DNA of 38,630 nt from Mycobacteriales bacterium (lineage in GTDB: Bacteria; Actinomycetota; Actinomycetes; JAFAQI01). The translations under genes were made by a program, and so were the position numbers. Below, piece after piece: positions 1 through 7,614 of this stretch. The first letter of the stretch is position 1. The number at the start of each line of letters is the position of its first letter. The notes under the pieces are model-generated. The model was not told where the DNA came from and searched no databases. It saw nothing but the letters and a program-made list of their open reading frames with translations. The stretch is taken from contig DASZYY010000061.1 of the NCBI GenBank assembly GCA_035545175.1, forward strand, positions 1-38,630, read 5' to 3'.

Positions 1-132
1 CCAGAACGGGATCGCGTCACGCAGCTCGCGCCAGACCTCGTCGGGGACCGGTTCCCAGTCGCCGAGGTCGGGCGGGTCGGGTTCGTCCCAGCCGGGCGGG
101 TTCAACAACACCGCACCCCGGGTATCGAACAT
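1..132 (-). CDS. Partial CDS (first 44 codons; continues past the left edge), hypothetical protein, predicted LexA-regulated and leaderless
   Basis: ATG at 132-130 (minus) opens a GC3-rich frame reading MFDTRGAVLLNPPGWDEPDPPDLGDWEPVPDEVWRELRDAIPFW to the window edge. It is absent from the ORF track because it has no in-window stop. A TATATT -10-like hexamer (145-140, minus) lies 7 nt upstream of the ATG, and a perfect SOS box overlaps the start codon. No family recognised. Confidence 0.4.
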   Translation of the reverse strand, partial: MFDTRGAVLLNPPGWDEPDPPDLGDWEPVPDEVWRELRDAIPFW

Positions 133-140
133 ACGTTCGA
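125..140. promoter_or_regulatory. LexA SOS box (actinobacterial type, TCGAAC-N4-GTTCGA)
   Basis: The sequence TCGAACATACGTTCGA at 125-140 matches both 6-nt half-sites of the mycobacterial/actinobacterial LexA consensus exactly. It overlaps the ATG (130-132) of the minus-strand gene and abuts a TATAAT/TATATT element at 140-147. Confidence 0.65.
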
Positions 141-190
141 ATATAATGGAGGCCTACGACAAGATCAACTTTCGGTCATGCGGAGATCCA

Positions 191-215
191 ACCGGCCGGG
201 ACGCAACCCGGCGGT
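191..215 (-). terminator. Possible stem-loop overlapping the stop codon of the fused ABC gene
   Basis: ACCGGCCGGG (191-200) pairs with CCCGGCGGT (207-215), giving 9 bp with one bulged G and the loop ACGCAA. There is no clear U-tract on the minus strand. Confidence 0.3.
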
Positions 216-3200
216 CAGCCGGCGACGCCGAGGTAGGACTCGACGACGCGCTCGTCCTCCAGGACGGAGCCGGGTGCGCCCTCGGCGATGACCTGGCCGA
301 GCTCGAGCGCGACGAGCCGGTCGCACAGCGCGGTGAGCAGCGGCATGTCGTGGTCGATGACGAGCATCGTCGCGCCGGTCTCGTCACGCACCTTGCGCAG
401 CAACGGTCCGAGCGCTTCGGTCTCCTTCTGCGCAACACCGGCGGTCGGCTCGTCGAGCAGGATGACCGCGGGCCGCTGCGCCAGCACGCACGCCAGCTCG
501 ACGATCCGACGAGTACCGGTGGAGAGCTCGCCGACCATCGTCCCGGCGTACTTCGTCAGACCGAGCTGTGCCAGCAGCTCCGATACCCGCTCCGAAGCGG
601 CCGCCTCCGACAGTGTCGATGCCGGCAACCGAAGCGCTGCCGCGACGAGGTCGCGCGAGTCGAGGTGACGTTCGAGGGCGACCGCCACCGTCTCCGCGAC
701 GGTGAGGCCCGGGAAGAGCCTGGCCTCCTGGAACGACCGGCCGAGCCCGATCACCGCGCGGTCCGACGGGCCGAAGTCGGTGACGTCGGAACCGCCGAGT
801 ACGACGCGCCCGGCATCAGCCGGCAGGAAGCCGCAGATGACGTCGAACAGCGTGGTCTTGCCGGCGCCGTTGTGGCCGATCAGGCCGACGATCTCGCCCT
901 TGTGCACCTGCAAGCCGATGTCGTTGAGCACCCGTACGCCGCCGAAGGACTTCCCGACGTCGAAGCACTCGAGCACCGTCGGCTGGGCCAGCAGCTCGGC
1001 GAGCTCCTTCGTCGCCGCGGCCGCCGACTTCTTCCGCGGCCGCTTGCCGTTGCCGTTCCCGTTCGCACTCGGGGTGATCGCGGATGCGCCGCCGATGAAG
1101 ACCGACCGGAGCACGTCGGTGCGCTTGAGCAGATCCGCGGTGCGGCCCGCGAACCGCACGGTGCCGCGCTCCAGGAACTCGGCACGCTCAGCGACCTCGA
1201 GCGCGACGCTGACCGACTGCTCGACGATGACGATCGTCACGCCGTCGGCAGCGAGCTCGCGTACGACGTCGAGCAGCCGGGCGACGATCGACGGCGCGAG
1301 GCCGAGCGAGAGCTCGTCGATCAGCAGCATCCGCGGCTTGGACTGCAGTGCCATCGCCAGCGACAACATCTGCTGCTGGCCACCCGACATCGTGCCGGCG
1401 AGCTGCCGCTCGCGGTCGGCGAGCTGCCCGAACAGCTCGAAGGCGCGAGCCCGCCCGGCGGCCACCTTCTCCTTGTCCTTGCGCACCAGCCACGCCGCGA
1501 CGCGGAGGTTCTCGGCGACGTTGAGCGACGGGAAGATGGACTTGGCCGGGACGAGGGACAGGCCACGGGCGGCGCGCGCCTCGGTGTTCAGCTTGGTGAT
1601 GTCCTCGCCGTCGAACCACACCTTGCCGGGCGCCGCGGACAGCAGTCCGGCCACCGCCTTCAGCATCGTCGACTTGCCGGCGCCGTTCGTACCGAGCAGA
1701 GCGACGATCTCGCCGTCGGCGACGTCGAGGTCCACGCCGAAGAGCACCTGCATCTGGCCGTAGCTGACCTCGACGCCCTGGCAGTTCAGCAGGGCGTCGC
1801 TCGCCACCGGCTGCTTCCCAGCCGGCGCCTCATGGTCTGAGATTGCCTCGGCGCTGATCGCGCCGTCGGCAGACGCTGTGAGGTCTATGCCGCGTCGCTT
1901 CGCGACCTGCTTGAGCAGCCGGTCGCGCACTCCGAACACGACCGAGCCGAGACCGCCCGGCATCACCTGAAGGATCCAGAGCAACGCACTACCGGTGATG
2001 ATCAGCTGGTACTGCGGCCAGAAGTGAACCGCCGCTTGGATGACCGCTACTCCGAGCAGGGCGCCGGTGATCGAGTCGACGCCGCCGATGATCACCATCG
2101 AGAACACCTTGAGGCTCTCGGACGGGTTGTACGCGCCGGCGCCGATGCCGCCGAGCAGGGTGGCGTGCAGGCCGCCGGCGATCCCCGCGATCGCTCCCGC
2201 GACCACGAAGCCGACCAGCTTGATCCGCGTCGTGGGCACCGCCATCGCGGCAGCGGCGCGGGGGTTGTCCCGGGTCGCGATCATCGCTCGCCCGGGCCGG
2301 GTGTGGCGCAGGCCGAGCACGGTCGCGATGACGATGAGCAGGACGCCGAGGCACAGGAAGAACAACGTGCGTTCGGCGGTCAGCGCCGAGCCGGTGTTGA
2401 CGTCGAGGTTGAAGCGCTTCCACACCACCGGCAGCGTGATGTTGCCCGGGATGAGTGAGGAGAAGTTGGTCGGGTTGAAGAAGAACGCGTCCGCGGCGAC
2501 CGCCAGCGCCAGCGTCGTGACGGCGAGGTCGAGGCCCTGGATCCGCAGCGCCGGAAGGCCGACCAGTACGGCGAGCGCCGATCCCGCGACGGCCGCCGCG
2601 ACGAGGCAGATGAAGAAGTCGAGGTTCCAGTGGTTCATCAGGTCGCCGACCAGGACGCCGCCGAGGCCGACGAAGGCGAACTGGCCGAGGCTGACCTGGC
2701 CGGCCCAGCCGGTCAGCAGCACCAGTGACACGGCGATGACGGCGTAGATCACGGCGGTGTTGAGGATCAGCAGGCCGGAGGCGCTGAACGCGAGCGGCAC
2801 GAAGATCGCGATCGCGACCAGCGCGATCTTGCCGCCGATCTGCGCCGCCATCACCTCGGGAAGGCGGCGCAGCTGCTCCGGGATCTCACGGGCTCGGCTG
2901 CCGGCGGCGAGCGACGTCTCGTCGGCGCCCTCGCGCCGGCCGGCCCGCTTCGGCAGCACGAGCAGCGCGAGCAGGATCACGACGAGGAACGCCACGTCCG
3001 GCGCTGATGCCTTGGTGAAGTTCCACGCCACGAGCTGCTGCAGGATGCCCAGCCCGATCCCGGCGAATACCGCGACCGGCAGCGACTCCTTGTAGGCCAG
3101 CACGGCGGCTGCCAGCGCCGGCAGCAACAGCGAGGGCCCGGCTGCCGCTTCGATCGTCAGGCCCTGCGACGGCGCGGGAAGGATGACGGAGATCGTGGCG

Positions 3201-3907
3201 AGCAGTCCGGCGACGGTCCAGACGATCGTCGCCATCCGTCGTACCGGGACGCCGAGCAGCAGCGCGCGCTCCCGGTTGTCGGCGATCGCGCGGACCGCGA
3301 TTCCGGAGTCGGTCCGCAGCAGGTACCAGCCGAGCGCGACGATCACGATCGGTACGGCGATGACGGTCACCAGGTCGTTGCCGTTGAACAGCACCGGCCC
3401 GACGTTCAGGGTGTGCTTGGAGAGCGCGGTGGGGAAGCCGCCGACAAGGGACGGTCCACCCATCCATTCCGGCAGCTTCAGCTGGATGCCGCCGAGCACC
3501 TGGGCGAGGCCGATCGTTGCGACCGTGAGGATCAGCCGTGAGGAGTTGGCGAAGCGCCGGATGATCAGCACTTCGGTGAGTCCGCCGAGCAGCGCGCCCG
3601 ATACGAGGCCTGCCGCGACGGCCGCCGGCCAGTTCCAGCCGTGGGCCAGGTAGAGCATCACCGCGATGGTGCCGCCGACTCCACCCATCGAGCCGTAGGC
3701 GAAGTTGATGATCCGGTCCGACCGGTAGGTCAGCACCAGGCCGAGCGCCTGCAGCCCGATCACCGACCCGAACAGCGCGCCCTGCAAGACGATGCCGAGC
3801 GGCGCGTGGTGTGGCGAGATCAGGCAGGTAGCGAGGATCGCGACGACCACGGCCGCGCCACTGCTCACCGCCCGATGGCGGGTGACGACCTCCGGTACCG
3901 CGACCAC
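215..3907 (-). CDS. Fused branched-chain-amino-acid (HAAT/Liv) type ABC transporter: LivH-like permease, LivM-like permease, LivF-like ATPase and LivG-like ATPase in one 1230-aa polypeptide
   Basis: Uninterrupted 3693-nt frame. aa ~36-318 is a LivH-like TMD (RIINFAYGSMGG). aa ~356-665 is a LivM-like TMD (LLTGWAGQVSLGQFAFVGLG). aa ~706-938 is an NBD with GTNGAGKS, SGGQQQ and LLIDELSLGLAP (LivF-like). aa ~976-1228 is an NBD with GHNGAGKT, LSTGTRR, ILLDEPTAGV and ESYLG (LivG-like). The GTG start at 3907 lies 5 nt after the stop of the upstream binding-protein gene; an alternative GTG at 3868 exists. Confidence 0.85.
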   Translation of the reverse strand: MVAVPEVVTRHRAVSSGAAVVVAILATCLISPHHAPLGIVLQGALFGSVIGLQALGLVLTYRSDRIINFAYGSMGGVGGTIAVMLYLAHGWNWPAAVAAGLVSGALLGGLTEVLIIRRFANSSRLILTVATIGLAQVLGGIQLKLPEWMGGPSLVGGFPTALSKHTLNVGPVLFNGNDLVTVIAVPIVIVALGWYLLRTDSGIAVRAIADNRERALLLGVPVRRMATIVWTVAGLLATISVILPAPSQGLTIEAAAGPSLLLPALAAAVLAYKESLPVAVFAGIGLGILQQLVAWNFTKASAPDVAFLVVILLALLVLPKRAGRREGADETSLAAGSRAREIPEQLRRLPEVMAAQIGGKIALVAIAIFVPLAFSASGLLILNTAVIYAVIAVSLVLLTGWAGQVSLGQFAFVGLGGVLVGDLMNHWNLDFFICLVAAAVAGSALAVLVGLPALRIQGLDLAVTTLALAVAADAFFFNPTNFSSLIPGNITLPVVWKRFNLDVNTGSALTAERTLFFLCLGVLLIVIATVLGLRHTRPGRAMIATRDNPRAAAAMAVPTTRIKLVGFVVAGAIAGIAGGLHATLLGGIGAGAYNPSESLKVFSMVIIGGVDSITGALLGVAVIQAAVHFWPQYQLIITGSALLWILQVMPGGLGSVVFGVRDRLLKQVAKRRGIDLTASADGAISAEAISDHEAPAGKQPVASDALLNCQGVEVSYGQMQVLFGVDLDVADGEIVALLGTNGAGKSTMLKAVAGLLSAAPGKVWFDGEDITKLNTEARAARGLSLVPAKSIFPSLNVAENLRVAAWLVRKDKEKVAAGRARAFELFGQLADRERQLAGTMSGGQQQMLSLAMALQSKPRMLLIDELSLGLAPSIVARLLDVVRELAADGVTIVIVEQSVSVALEVAERAEFLERGTVRFAGRTADLLKRTDVLRSVFIGGASAITPSANGNGNGKRPRKKSAAAATKELAELLAQPTVLECFDVGKSFGGVRVLNDIGLQVHKGEIVGLIGHNGAGKTTLFDVICGFLPADAGRVVLGGSDVTDFGPSDRAVIGLGRSFQEARLFPGLTVAETVAVALERHLDSRDLVAAALRLPASTLSEAAASERVSELLAQLGLTKYAGTMVGELSTGTRRIVELACVLAQRPAVILLDEPTAGVAQKETEALGPLLRKVRDETGATMLVIDHDMPLLTALCDRLVALELGQVIAEGAPGSVLEDERVVESYLGVAG

Positions 3908-3912
3908 CCGGA

Positions 3913-5553
3913 CTACTGCTTGCCCTTGTAGGGCTTGTGCGAGAAGTTCCGGCGCGGCCAGTCGTAGAGCGTGTAGCGCCGGCTAGAGAAGATGTACGCG
4001 CCCTTCTTGTTGTTGTAGACGGACGTCGCGTTCGGGTCCCAGTAGATCTGCGCGCCGTCGAGCGTCGGCGAGAAGTGCCCGGCCGGGAAGCCCCATGTGC
4101 CGAACTCGCTGGTCTGGCTCGTCGGGTACGCCCGCATCCCCTTCTCGAAGTTGTCCGGCGTGAGGTCCGGGCCGGCGAGGTCGATGCCGAGCGCGATCAT
4201 GTACATCTGCGCGTAGATCAGGTTCACGAACTGAGCCGGCTCGTCGTTGCGCACCGTCTTGTACGCGGCGTAGCCGAGGCTGGCCGGGAACGGAAGCGTC
4301 GGGCCCTGATAGGTCACGCCGAACGCGTGCGCCCACTCCGCCTGGTCGAAGAGCTGACCGACGATGTCCTCGTCGGTCAGCGCGACGCCGACGACTGCCC
4401 ACTCCGGGAAGTAGTTCTGCTCGTCGGCGCGCTGCGTCAGGTAGACGGGAAGGATCGGGTCACAGCCGCAGACGACGGTCGTGATGTTGTTGGCCTTGAG
4501 CTTCGAGATGATGCTCGCCGCCTGGTTGGCCAGGGTCGCCAGGTTGAGCTGGTAAGGCACGTTCATCGGCACCGGTCGGCCGGCGCGCTTGTAGATGTTG
4601 GCGCCGTTCTGTACGCACTCCTGGTACCAGGGGTTGTCCGGCGCGATGGTGGCGAACTTCCGCGTCTTGTTCGCGTACTGCGGTCCGGCGAAGGTCGCGT
4701 TCTTGCCGGCGAGCTCGCGCACCCCGACCTCGGCCACCGCGTCGCTGACGCCGGTGCAGTCGGTCGCGATGCTCCATGAGTACGGCGCGCGCTGCTCGAA
4801 CCATCGCTGCGACATGTACGGGACGCCGAAGTTCATCACCTTGTCGCGCGACAGCGAGTCCGCGTAGGGCTCGGTGCCGGCGCTCATGTCACCGAACGCC
4901 TTGATGCCGGTTGCGACCTTCAGTGCGTCGGCCGCCGCGGCCGCCTGGCCGCCGCCGAGCAGCTCGTTGCTCTGCGACCCCTGGCCCTTGAAGAACTTGA
5001 AGACCAGCTTGCGGCCGTAGAACTGGAAGTGTGTGTTGAAGTAGTCCGCGAGGCCCTCGATCGTGCGGTTCGTGTCGGCCTGGGTGTCGTCGAACTGCGC
5101 GCCGCCGATTCGTGCCAGCGTCTGCTGGAAGGTCGGGTCAGAGGTGATGCGGAACGCGATCGTGATCGTGTTCTTGGTCACGCCGCGAGTTGTCGCCCCG
5201 CCGTTGTTGCCGGACCACTGGATGCACGGCGGGGAGTACGGGTCACCGGGCACCTGCGCGCCCTTGCAACCGGTCGGAGCGGTGATCGGCGCGCCGCTCG
5301 CCGACGTGGACGGGACGCTGCCGCCGACGTGGTTGCCGCCCTTTCCGCCGGAGCCGGGCACCACCACGTTGCTCGGCGTGGTGGGCGCGACCCCGGGCGT
5401 CGTGTCGCTCTGGCCGGCTGTCGTGATCGTGACGCGTTGCGGCGCCTCGGTGGGCACGAACGCGGCCATCAGCACGAAGGCCACCAGCAGGCACGCGAGT
5501 GGTCCGTAGCCGCGCAGCAGTGGGCGTACTGGCGGCGGGGGGTTGGAGCTCAC
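3913..5553 (-). CDS. ABC transporter substrate-binding protein (type I periplasmic-binding fold, divergent LivJ/K-like), N-terminally membrane-anchored
   Basis: 546 aa. The N-terminal TM segment LACLLVAFVLMAAFV is followed by a Pro/Gly/Ser/Thr-rich linker and an alpha/beta domain of roughly 430 aa. It sits between the unknown exported protein (GTGA overlap at 5550-5553) and the fused permease/ATPase gene. The family call rests on context and overall pattern, not a sharp motif. Confidence 0.65.
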   Translation of the reverse strand: MSSNPPPPVRPLLRGYGPLACLLVAFVLMAAFVPTEAPQRVTITTAGQSDTTPGVAPTTPSNVVVPGSGGKGGNHVGGSVPSTSASGAPITAPTGCKGAQVPGDPYSPPCIQWSGNNGGATTRGVTKNTITIAFRITSDPTFQQTLARIGGAQFDDTQADTNRTIEGLADYFNTHFQFYGRKLVFKFFKGQGSQSNELLGGGQAAAAADALKVATGIKAFGDMSAGTEPYADSLSRDKVMNFGVPYMSQRWFEQRAPYSWSIATDCTGVSDAVAEVGVRELAGKNATFAGPQYANKTRKFATIAPDNPWYQECVQNGANIYKRAGRPVPMNVPYQLNLATLANQAASIISKLKANNITTVVCGCDPILPVYLTQRADEQNYFPEWAVVGVALTDEDIVGQLFDQAEWAHAFGVTYQGPTLPFPASLGYAAYKTVRNDEPAQFVNLIYAQMYMIALGIDLAGPDLTPDNFEKGMRAYPTSQTSEFGTWGFPAGHFSPTLDGAQIYWDPNATSVYNNKKGAYIFSSRRYTLYDWPRRNFSHKPYKGKQ

Positions 5554-6977
5554 GTTTCGATCGCCATCCTCGCGAGTCGCCTTCGCCGCCGTACGACGAA
5601 GTAGTCAGCCCCCGCGACACCCCCCAGCGCCGCAAGTGCGATCAGCCCGACCGCAAGCCCGGCGCCGCGACCGCAGGACGGCCGCCCCGCCGGACTCGTC
5701 GTCGAGCAGCTCTCGGCGACCGTCGTCAGGCCGCCGGCCACCTGCGGGCTCGGGACCGGAGCGGGCGCTCCCGACGCGGTGGGCAGCGGCAACCCCCCGC
5801 CGCCGCCTCCGGACCCGCCGATCGGTGCCGAGCTGCTCGTGATACCCGGCAGCGGGCCGCCGCTGCTCGTGTCCGTGTCGCCGTTGCCGAACGGGTTCGC
5901 GTACGTCGTGTCGTTGGTGGTCGCGGTGGTGCCGCCGATGTCGAGGTCGAACTGGCCGACGCCGTCCAGGCCGGCGATGAGCAGGTTCACCGCGCCGTAC
6001 AGGCTGCCGAACGTGCAGAACGACTTGTTGATGGCCGTCGCGACCGGATCGAAGATCGTGTGAACGATGTTGAGGATCGGGACCAGCAGCATCTTGCCGA
6101 GCGCCGAGTGGTCGATGCCGATCGACATCGGGGTCATCGCGAGGGCGCCGTTGTCGTGGCTGACCTCTGGGATCGTGAGATGAAGGCCGGACGGGGCGAT
6201 CGCCGCGTTCACCGCCTTGAACGTGGACAGCAGCGACCCGCTCGACGCGGTGGGCAGTGACTGGCCGGCGATCTTCACGGTGCTGACGGTGAAGGTCGAC
6301 GACGAGGCGGGCTTGGTGCCGGTCCGCACCGAGGTCTGCCAGTGCAGCCCGCCGAGCTGGACTGCTCCGGCCAGGTCGATGGCGTTGACGTCGGCCGTCG
6401 AGTCGGCTTCGCGCGCCTGCCCCTGGTAGAGGTGCGCGTGCGCGCTGCTCGACAGGCCGTGCAGCGAGATCACGGTGGGGATGTCGATCAGGCCGCCGTC
6501 GTAGCTGGCGATCGCGTTCTCGTTGGGCGCGGGGGTCGCCTTCACGTGCTCGTCGCCGGCGACCGCCGTGGCGAACTGGTTGGTCGCGCCGCCGGAGTTG
6601 CGGTCGTCCTCGGACTCGCCGGCATTGGACTCGGCCGTGATCGCCTTGGGCAGCTGACCCGGCGTCAAGGTCGGCGGCGTCGCGCCGCACTGCACGGTGA
6701 GCGAGTTGCCGATCAGGCCCAGGTCGAGCGCCTGGCTCGAGGCCTGGGCGAGGTTGTTGCGGTACTGCGCAACGGACCGGCCGAACGTGATGGTCGCGGC
6801 GAGGCCGGCGTCGCGCGGGTCGATCTGGAAGGCCTGTGAGGTCGCCACCGCGCTACCCGGGACGAACTCGGTCCCGCCCGCCGCCGGCGCGGCTTGCGCC
6901 GGCGCTGCTGCGGCCACGACCGCGGCCGCCATCGCGACGACTCCGATGACACGGGGCGGGCCCCCGCGCTCATGCAT
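5550..6977 (-). CDS. Hypothetical exported protein with C-terminal Gly/Pro-rich linker, TM anchor and poly-Arg tail
   Basis: GC3-rich frame. The ATG at 6977 gives MHERGGPPRVIGVVAMAAAVVAAAAPAQA-AP, a Sec-type signal peptide; the track start at 7016 is a TTG. The C-terminus reads GGSGGGGGGLPLPTASGAPAPVPSP...CSTTSPAGRPSCGRGAGLAVGLIALAALGGVAGADYFVVRRRRR. Its stop overlaps the start of the binding-protein gene. No family recognised. Confidence 0.7.
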   Translation of the reverse strand: MHERGGPPRVIGVVAMAAAVVAAAAPAQAAPAAGGTEFVPGSAVATSQAFQIDPRDAGLAATITFGRSVAQYRNNLAQASSQALDLGLIGNSLTVQCGATPPTLTPGQLPKAITAESNAGESEDDRNSGGATNQFATAVAGDEHVKATPAPNENAIASYDGGLIDIPTVISLHGLSSSAHAHLYQGQAREADSTADVNAIDLAGAVQLGGLHWQTSVRTGTKPASSSTFTVSTVKIAGQSLPTASSGSLLSTFKAVNAAIAPSGLHLTIPEVSHDNGALAMTPMSIGIDHSALGKMLLVPILNIVHTIFDPVATAINKSFCTFGSLYGAVNLLIAGLDGVGQFDLDIGGTTATTNDTTYANPFGNGDTDTSSGGPLPGITSSSAPIGGSGGGGGGLPLPTASGAPAPVPSPQVAGGLTTVAESCSTTSPAGRPSCGRGAGLAVGLIALAALGGVAGADYFVVRRRRRLARMAIET

Positions 6978-7077
6978 CACGGGCTGGACCCTAAAAGCGC
7001 AGGTCACGCGCGGCAAGGGTGGTGCCTTCGGCGCGCCGATGCGCTAGGCGCGTTTCAATGGATGCGGAGGTACACAC

Positions 7078-7599
7078 GTGTCCGGCAGGCTGATCGGTTT
7101 TCCGAACCCCGTCAACGAGCTCGCTGCGCGCACCGTCGCGGGTGTCGTGATGGTGATGAGCGCTGTTCTGCTGGCCCTGAGCGTCGGGTTGGGCCATGCC
7201 TGGCTCTGGGGCTCGGCCGGGCTCGCGTACGGCTTCGTCGCCCGCGTCCTGACCGGACCCACGCTGAGCCCGCTCGGCCGGTTCTCGATGAACGTGGTCG
7301 CGCCCCGGTTGGGTGAGCCGCGACACGTCGCCGGGCCGCCGAAGCGCTTCGCCCAGGGCATCGGAGCGGGAGTGACGCTCACGGCCGTCGTCCTCCTGGC
7401 GCTCGGGCATCCGTTCGGCACGCAGGTCCTGCTGGGGATGCTGATCATCGCCGCCGGCCTCGAGTCGATCCTCGGCTACTGCATCGGTTGCAAGATCTTC
7501 GCGGTGCTGATGCAGCTCGGCTGGATCCCGGAAGAGACATGCGAGGCGTGCAACAACATCGCGCTGCGCGCACCCACCCCGGCGGCGGAGCGCATCTAG
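7078..7599 (+). CDS. DUF4395 family membrane protein
   Basis: 173 aa. The GTG start is preceded by GGAGG (7066-7070). It has four hydrophobic segments and the C-terminal pattern LESILGYCIGCKIF...CEACNNI typical of DUF4395. Confidence 0.75.
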   Translation: MSGRLIGFPNPVNELAARTVAGVVMVMSAVLLALSVGLGHAWLWGSAGLAYGFVARVLTGPTLSPLGRFSMNVVAPRLGEPRHVAGPPKRFAQGIGAGVTLTAVVLLALGHPFGTQVLLGMLIIAAGLESILGYCIGCKIFAVLMQLGWIPEETCEACNNIALRAPTPAAERI

Positions 7600-7614
7600 C
7601 GGCAGAATGCGGTC

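Noticed and set aside
146-1840. 564-aa plus-strand ORF starting just after a perfect TATAAT
   Set aside because: It is antisense to the two NBDs of the fused ABC gene, whose Walker and signature motifs are unambiguous on the minus strand. Its product is R/D/G/A/L low-complexity. The TATAAT is better explained as the reverse reading of the -10 element of the SOS-regulated minus-strand gene.
5550-5700. LPXTG/LAXTG sortase signal at the C-terminus of the 475-aa exported protein
   Set aside because: The TM-plus-poly-Arg architecture is present, but no LPXTG, LAXTG or similar pentapeptide precedes the helix. It is reported only as a sorting-signal-like tail.
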